NCBI GenBank assembly: GCA_043800755.1
Contig: JAZDMQ010000074.1
Location: forward strand, 1-20,605
DNA: 20,605 nucleotides
Source of the DNA: a bacterium
Lineage (GTDB): Bacteria; Methylomirabilota; Methylomirabilia; CAVQYV01
Reading direction: 5' to 3'
The translations under genes were made by a program, and so were the position numbers. Within the stretch, counting starts at the first letter, position 1. Each line of letters begins with the position of its first letter. The notes under the pieces are model-generated. The model was given only the letters and a program-made list of their open reading frames with translations. It ran no database searches and was not told the DNA's origin. Positions 17,032 through 20,605 of the stretch are shown one piece after another.

Positions 17032-17111
17032 GATGCCTGCTACGTGGCCCCCTGGCGGTTACCACGACCGGACTTGCACCGGTTAGCAGGCGATGGCTTG
17101 GCAGGGCACAC
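17032..17111 (-). mobile_element. Group II intron 5'-end fragment, copy 1 (~80 nt)
   Basis: Minus strand begins GTGTGCCCTGCC (GUGYG), has the ACCGG-TGCAAGT-CCGGT T-loop hairpin and a GCCTGCT/AGCAGGC closing stem; near-identical copy at 19874-19952; no RT ORF or domain V seen. Confidence 0.7.
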
Positions 17112-17138
17112 CAGCGAGTTGTTAGGCAGGCCCAGGCC

Positions 17139-17789
17139 CTACTGCGCGGCAGTGTCTGGATAAGCGTCTGAGGGAGAGATCGCCTGCTTCGCCAGAGCGA
17201 AGTCGTCAAGGATGTCCTTAACCCTCCCTGAAAGCTCAATGTCTCCTGAGGTCGCGCGATCGGTCCAGTAGGTGCCCTTGATGGGAGCTTCTTTCTTCGA
17301 TGGTACATAGAGCAGCATAGCGCCGTGATGGATCGGACTGCCGCCCCTCACTGCAATGGAAGGCTCGTTCCTATACACGGCGGCAATGGTGGAGGATCCG
17401 TCGGCAGCGGGGGTGACTTGGGCTCCGAGAAGATGAGAAACCGACTGACTTGTCATCAGCCTCATCCGCAGGGAAGTAAGAGTTTGGTGGACTGCAAGGA
17501 AGCCTTCAAGGGGCGACTCCGCACTAGCTGTTCCGGGGCTTGTCCAAGTGGTTCTCAATGACGCGCGCCATGTGCCCGAGATATCTGGAATCTTGACAAG
17601 CCAGCCTTTGAAGGCTGGAAGCTTCCAGAGCCAACGATCAAACGCCACCGCTATGATGACGGCAATGCCATTGGCGAGGGAGGGGTAGCGGAGCCAAGTG
17701 CTCTCCACGGCTACGCCATTGGCTATTAGCACGACCCCGCAGACTGCAAAGGCCAGGTAGACGAGAGCGGTGGTTTGAGTCTTGTTCAT
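17139..17789 (-). CDS. cap15: CBASS Cap15-like effector (2 TM + beta-barrel, SMODS-associated)
   Basis: Two N-terminal hydrophobic helices, FDRWLWK, PDISGTW, VHQTL, TSQSVS, YRNEP, SPIHHGA, GTYWTDRATSG; ATG 17789 with GAGGT RBS overlapping the cyclase stop. Confidence 0.88.
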   Translation of the reverse strand: MNKTQTTALVYLAFAVCGVVLIANGVAVESTWLRYPSLANGIAVIIAVAFDRWLWKLPAFKGWLVKIPDISGTWRASLRTTWTSPGTASAESPLEGFLAVHQTLTSLRMRLMTSQSVSHLLGAQVTPAADGSSTIAAVYRNEPSIAVRGGSPIHHGAMLLYVPSKKEAPIKGTYWTDRATSGDIELSGRVKDILDDFALAKQAISPSDAYPDTAAQ

Positions 17790-17796
17790 GGCTACC

Positions 17797-18687
17797 TCAC
17801 TCGAAGCCAACGTAGTCCCAGGCTGCTGAGATGAATTCGTGGGCCTGCTGGCGGGTCCAAGGCTGACCAGTTCGGAACAGGTACTTCATCTTGTTGACTT
17901 CTCGCCATTCAGTGCAGCCCGAGTCTGCGCTGGTGTTGTTAAAGAGATGGGCAAGAGCCCAGCGGACATCGGAGGTATAGGTGCTATGGCCGAATCCTTC
18001 GTTGGGGACATTCCAAAGGAGGCATTCGATGAGGAAGGAGGGTGCTTCGCCAGCTGAGGCGTAGCCTTCATCGGCCATCTTGTTGCCCAAACGCTTGAGT
18101 ATCCTCACGATGGCCTTGAACCTTCGGCCTGTGGCGTCATTCTTCTGTACTCCGTTGGCGTAATTCTGCTCCGGCCAATTTACAGTGAGGGAACCGCCAT
18201 CCGGCAGGAATGCGGCTCCCTTGAGGTATGAACCATACTTGCGATAGTAGCGGTACTCGAAAGCCGGGAGCACGTCCGCGTCTACCCGGTAGGTGTTGTG
18301 GTGGATGTCGAACGCCTTCTTGCCGCGTCGGACGGAGCCGGCACCGAAGTAGGAGACAAGTGCAGCTTGAACATCGCCCTTGAAGTCTGCATAGGGATAT
18401 GATGCGGGAGTGGTGAAATCAAAGTCGGCGGGCGTCGTGCCGTCGGGGATGTGGTAGAAGAAGCTTTCGGTGCACATGATGCATACGTCGACATCGCTGT
18501 CGGCCCGGACGTTCGTGCGGTTGCGATAAGAGCCTTGTGGGAAAACGACCCGCGACCTGGAGGCCAAATCAGCCCACGAGTCCGCTGCTTTCCTTATGGC
18601 TCTCTCGGCGTTGTCGCACTTGTCCTGCTCGGTCTTGCCGGGCGGCTGAGCCCAGCTTGCGAAAGTAGGTTCCCAGTCTGGTGACAC
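17797..18687 (-). CDS. cdnE: cGAS/DncV-like nucleotidyltransferase, CdnE-like (CBASS cyclase)
   Basis: WAQPP, QGSYRNRTNVRADSDVDV (GS...DxD), VDADVLPA, NWPEQNYANGVQKN, RFKAIVRILK, PSFLIECLLWNVP, EVNKMKYLF...QPW; GTG start after AGGGGAGG. Confidence 0.93.
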   Translation of the reverse strand: MSPDWEPTFASWAQPPGKTEQDKCDNAERAIRKAADSWADLASRSRVVFPQGSYRNRTNVRADSDVDVCIMCTESFFYHIPDGTTPADFDFTTPASYPYADFKGDVQAALVSYFGAGSVRRGKKAFDIHHNTYRVDADVLPAFEYRYYRKYGSYLKGAAFLPDGGSLTVNWPEQNYANGVQKNDATGRRFKAIVRILKRLGNKMADEGYASAGEAPSFLIECLLWNVPNEGFGHSTYTSDVRWALAHLFNNTSADSGCTEWREVNKMKYLFRTGQPWTRQQAHEFISAAWDYVGFE

Positions 18688-19199
18688 GGCCCCCTCCCCT
18701 ATTCTTGACGCTGTCGGCCTGCCTAACTTCTATTTTCTGTTGCTGCGATAAAACCAAGCCGATTTAAGCGGGAACGGGCTTTCACTGTGAATTGTGCAAC
18801 CCAAGAACGTCGCATAATGGAAACTACCTGCAGCATAAGAGTTCGATTGGCAATGTTCTATCGCGGACCTCTAAGTATCAATCTTGTTATCTATTCCCCA
18901 TGGCAAATGCCCGTTCTTGGTCAAGCCCGGTGGGCCTTTAGCCTATTCTTCCACATCCCTCCGTAAACACAAAAGGCACCGTGATCTCGGTCTGAAAGAT
19001 CTATCCGGTGCCTTCATTCCCACCTCCCGCAGAGACGCACACCCTATATGTGAAGCTGATAGAAAAATCAGCCTCATGCGATGGTGAATTGAGCAGGTTG
19101 GTTCTATCCTTTTTCTGCTATTTACTATCATGCACGCTTCTTTGTCAAATGATTTCTGCCTGTCGCTCCCGCGAAGGGATTGAAAATCCTGTGCGTGAG

Positions 19200-19284
19200 T
19201 GTAACCAAAACTGTAACCGTCAGAACCGAAAAAGGGACAGCTTTTCCTCACCTATTCCAACATGGCCTTTGTAACTCGTTGATT
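19200..19284 (+). promoter_or_regulatory. Integrase arm-type repeats plus IHF site (att-arm architecture)
   Basis: TGTAACC at 19200-19206 and 19212-19218; TAACTCGTTGATT (19272-19284) matches the IHF consensus YAANNNNTTGATW. Confidence 0.55.
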
Positions 19285-19330
19285 TCTAACTATTCGTAAA
19301 TGATGGAAAACCGCCTGATTGCATGAATTC

Positions 19331-19377
19331 GACTGAAAATCCTGGTGTGCGCAGTTCGATTCTGCGGGGCGGCACCA
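19331..19377 (+). pseudogene. tRNA-Phe(GAA) 3' remnant, probable att site of an integrative element
   Basis: GA-CTGAAAA-TCCTG anticodon loop and 3' stem, T-arm CGCAG-TTCGATT-CTGCG, GGGCGGC-ACCA end; D-arm and 5' anticodon stem missing. Confidence 0.85.
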
Positions 19378-19415
19378 GTTATTTTCACGGAGTTAACAAC
19401 AGGTCATTCACTTCG

Positions 19416-19441
19416 GCCATCCGTTCTCGGATGGCTTTTTT
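19416..19441 (+). terminator. Rho-independent terminator
   Basis: GCCATCCG-TTCT-CGGATGGC followed by TTTTTT. Confidence 0.8.
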
Positions 19442-19512
19442 GTCCTTCCAACCCAAATGGTGCCTAAGCCCTCCTTTTACCCGTATGGGACGAAGCACCA
19501 TGCCTTCCTGCC

Positions 19513-19830
19513 TCATCTACCCTCTTCGATCTGCCCCCTCCGTCTCCACTCCCGGTCATAGATCTTCCCGTTCTTGATGTACCCCCTCGGCTCTCCGTCA
19601 CGATCGTAGACCCGCTCGCCCCTGATCTGATACTTTAGCCGCCAGTCCTCATCATAAACCCGATCCCCCTGGATTCTTCCCTTGGGCTCCCAATTCCGGT
19701 CATAGATTTTGCCATCGCTCACGTGGGCCTTGAGGTTCCAATCTCGATCATAGATACGGAGATCCCCTGCCCAGGAGAGGGAGTTCCACAGAATGGTGAT
19801 GAGGAAAAGAATGAGGATTGCCTTCGTCAT
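19513..19830 (-). CDS. Secreted small protein with five 16-aa (I/V)YD.(D/N/E)(W/G) repeats (beta-flower-like)
   Basis: Signal peptide ending SWA-GD; repeats LRIYDRDWNLKAHVSD / GKIYDRNWEPKGRIQG / DRVYDEDWRLKYQIRG / ERVYDRDGEPRGYIKN / GKIYDREWRRRGQIEE. Confidence 0.8.
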   Translation of the reverse strand: MTKAILILFLITILWNSLSWAGDLRIYDRDWNLKAHVSDGKIYDRNWEPKGRIQGDRVYDEDWRLKYQIRGERVYDRDGEPRGYIKNGKIYDREWRRRGQIEEGR

Positions 19831-19873
19831 CTTTCCTATTGCTCCTTCGGCCTATGGCTGCACCCCGCTGTGA

Positions 19874-19952
19874 GATGCCTGCTACGTGGCCCCTGGCGGT
19901 TACCACAACCGGACTTGCGCCGGTGAGCAGACGATGACTTGGCAGGGCACAC
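19874..19952 (-). mobile_element. Group II intron 5'-end fragment, copy 2
   Basis: Differs from copy 1 by 5 substitutions and 1 indel; starts GTGTGCCCTGCC on the minus strand. Confidence 0.7.
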
Positions 19953-19968
19953 CAACCCGGTGTTATGC
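19953..19968 (-). other. Truncated attC-like left end
   Basis: Minus strand GCATAAC + ACCGGGTTG, 38 nt after the R-M gene stop, then the intron fragment; same 9-nt offset as in copy 1. Confidence 0.55.
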
Positions 19969-20006
19969 CGCCCCCTGCTTTTGAGTATGTGCTTGCCTTA
20001 CAGACA

Positions 20007-20605
20007 CTACTGGTCATCCGTGCCTTGTTCTGGTTTGGTTATTCCGCTCTGTTCAGGGTTGATATATTCCAGAAATGCGCTATTCGCGCCGTAGTATGTT
20101 TTCTCGTAGTCTCTCCGCTTTTTCAAACTATCCTTCATCGCTTCAGCGATTGCCTTGAGTGCGTCTATTTCATCCTCTGGCGGCATGGATATCTGTATCT
20201 GCCTAACGTCTTTAGGGTATATATGAGCGGTTTGTCCCCTGATACAACGCTGAAGCGCCTGATATCCGTCATCCGTCCTGAGATACATGAGAACGTAATA
20301 AGGGTCTATCTTTTCTGGATTTACCCTAATGATCATTACTTCGGCAACACACGCTACTTTGCTTTGATATTCTTCTGGAATGTAATCTACGATGTCCAAC
20401 TCCGCGCCAATGTATCTAGGATGATGCGCCGCTGTTCCGACGACAATATCTCCAACTTGAACCCTCTTGACTATGTGTTTTTGAAAGAAATCTTCAGTTA
20501 CAGAGGCTCGGTCATTCAAACTCCATTCAATTCCGCGATTGGTGATGTTCCGAAATTTGATGATGCGTACCCCCGAATCAGTATAAGCATTACGAGGCGG
20601 CGTCG
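20007..20605 (-). CDS. Restriction-modification specificity (HsdS/TRD-like) domain protein, C-terminal part; 5' end outside the window
   Basis: Frame open to the right edge: TPPRNAYTDSGVRIIKFRNITNRGIEW...VQVGDIVV...IIRVN.EKIDPYYVLMYLRT..G...RGQTAHIYPKDVRQIQISMPP; visibly AT-richer than flanking genes. Confidence 0.8.
   Translation of the reverse strand, partial: TPPRNAYTDSGVRIIKFRNITNRGIEWSLNDRASVTEDFFQKHIVKRVQVGDIVVGTAAHHPRYIGAELDIVDYIPEEYQSKVACVAEVMIIRVNPEKIDPYYVLMYLRTDDGYQALQRCIRGQTAHIYPKDVRQIQISMPPEDEIDALKAIAEAMKDSLKKRRDYEKTYYGANSAFLEYINPEQSGITKPEQGTDDQ

Larger units (their letters stand above)
17112..18727 (-). mobile_element. Integron-type gene cassette carrying CBASS (attC truncated)
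   Basis: Minus strand core site GTTAGGC(AGGCC) at 18727-18716 before the cyclase gene; inverse core (GGCCT)GCCTAAC at 17132-17121 just after the effector stop. Together they form a perfect 12-bp inverted repeat. Confidence 0.75.

Noticed and set aside
18884-19274. Short ORFs in the AT-rich region as an integrase or CBASS regulator
   Set aside because: No RBS, no tyrosine-recombinase or HTH motifs, and atypical composition.
19300-19377. Intact tRNA-Phe
   Set aside because: A partial acceptor-like CCGCCT is present, but its spacing to the anticodon is too short, there is no D-arm, and the anticodon stem does not pair.
17032-19952. CRISPR array or IS terminal repeats from the two 80-nt repeats
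   Set aside because: Only two direct copies 2.8 kb apart, too long for CRISPR repeats, with no cas or transposase gene; the GUGYG start and T-loop fit a group II intron 5' end better.

Overview
Bacterial, mostly GC-rich window in three parts. (1) 1-7308, all on the minus strand: a membrane protein with a beta-helix-like N-terminus, a STAS+GHKL kinase-like gene, a STAS+winged-HTH gene translationally coupled to endonuclease Q, then a HAD hydrolase, an MBL-fold hydrolase, a zincin, an unannotated 26-aa Lys/Ala peptide and rlmN (runs off the left edge). The kinase/STAS-wHTH pair, with a promoter and palindrome between the two genes, looks like a partner-switching (CapK/CapS-like) regulator wired to a DNA-repair operon rather than an immune operon. 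This is the best candidate for a new system. (2) 7536-16909: accessory metabolic genes (SDR, amidase, SAF-domain oxidoreductase, nitroreductase, two URO-D-family genes, serine hydrolase) mixed with gene debris (frameshifted LETM1-like gene, rssA and pckA fragments). (3) 16983-20605: a defence/mobile patch. It holds a type I CBASS (CdnE-like + Cap15-like) bounded by integron-cassette core sites, two attC-like ends each interrupted at the same offset by an ~80-nt group II intron 5' fragment, a tRNA-Phe 3' remnant with IHF/arm-type sites, a secreted 5x16-aa repeat protein and a partial restriction-modification specificity-domain gene. All family assignments come from motif recognition by eye; no database searches were run.
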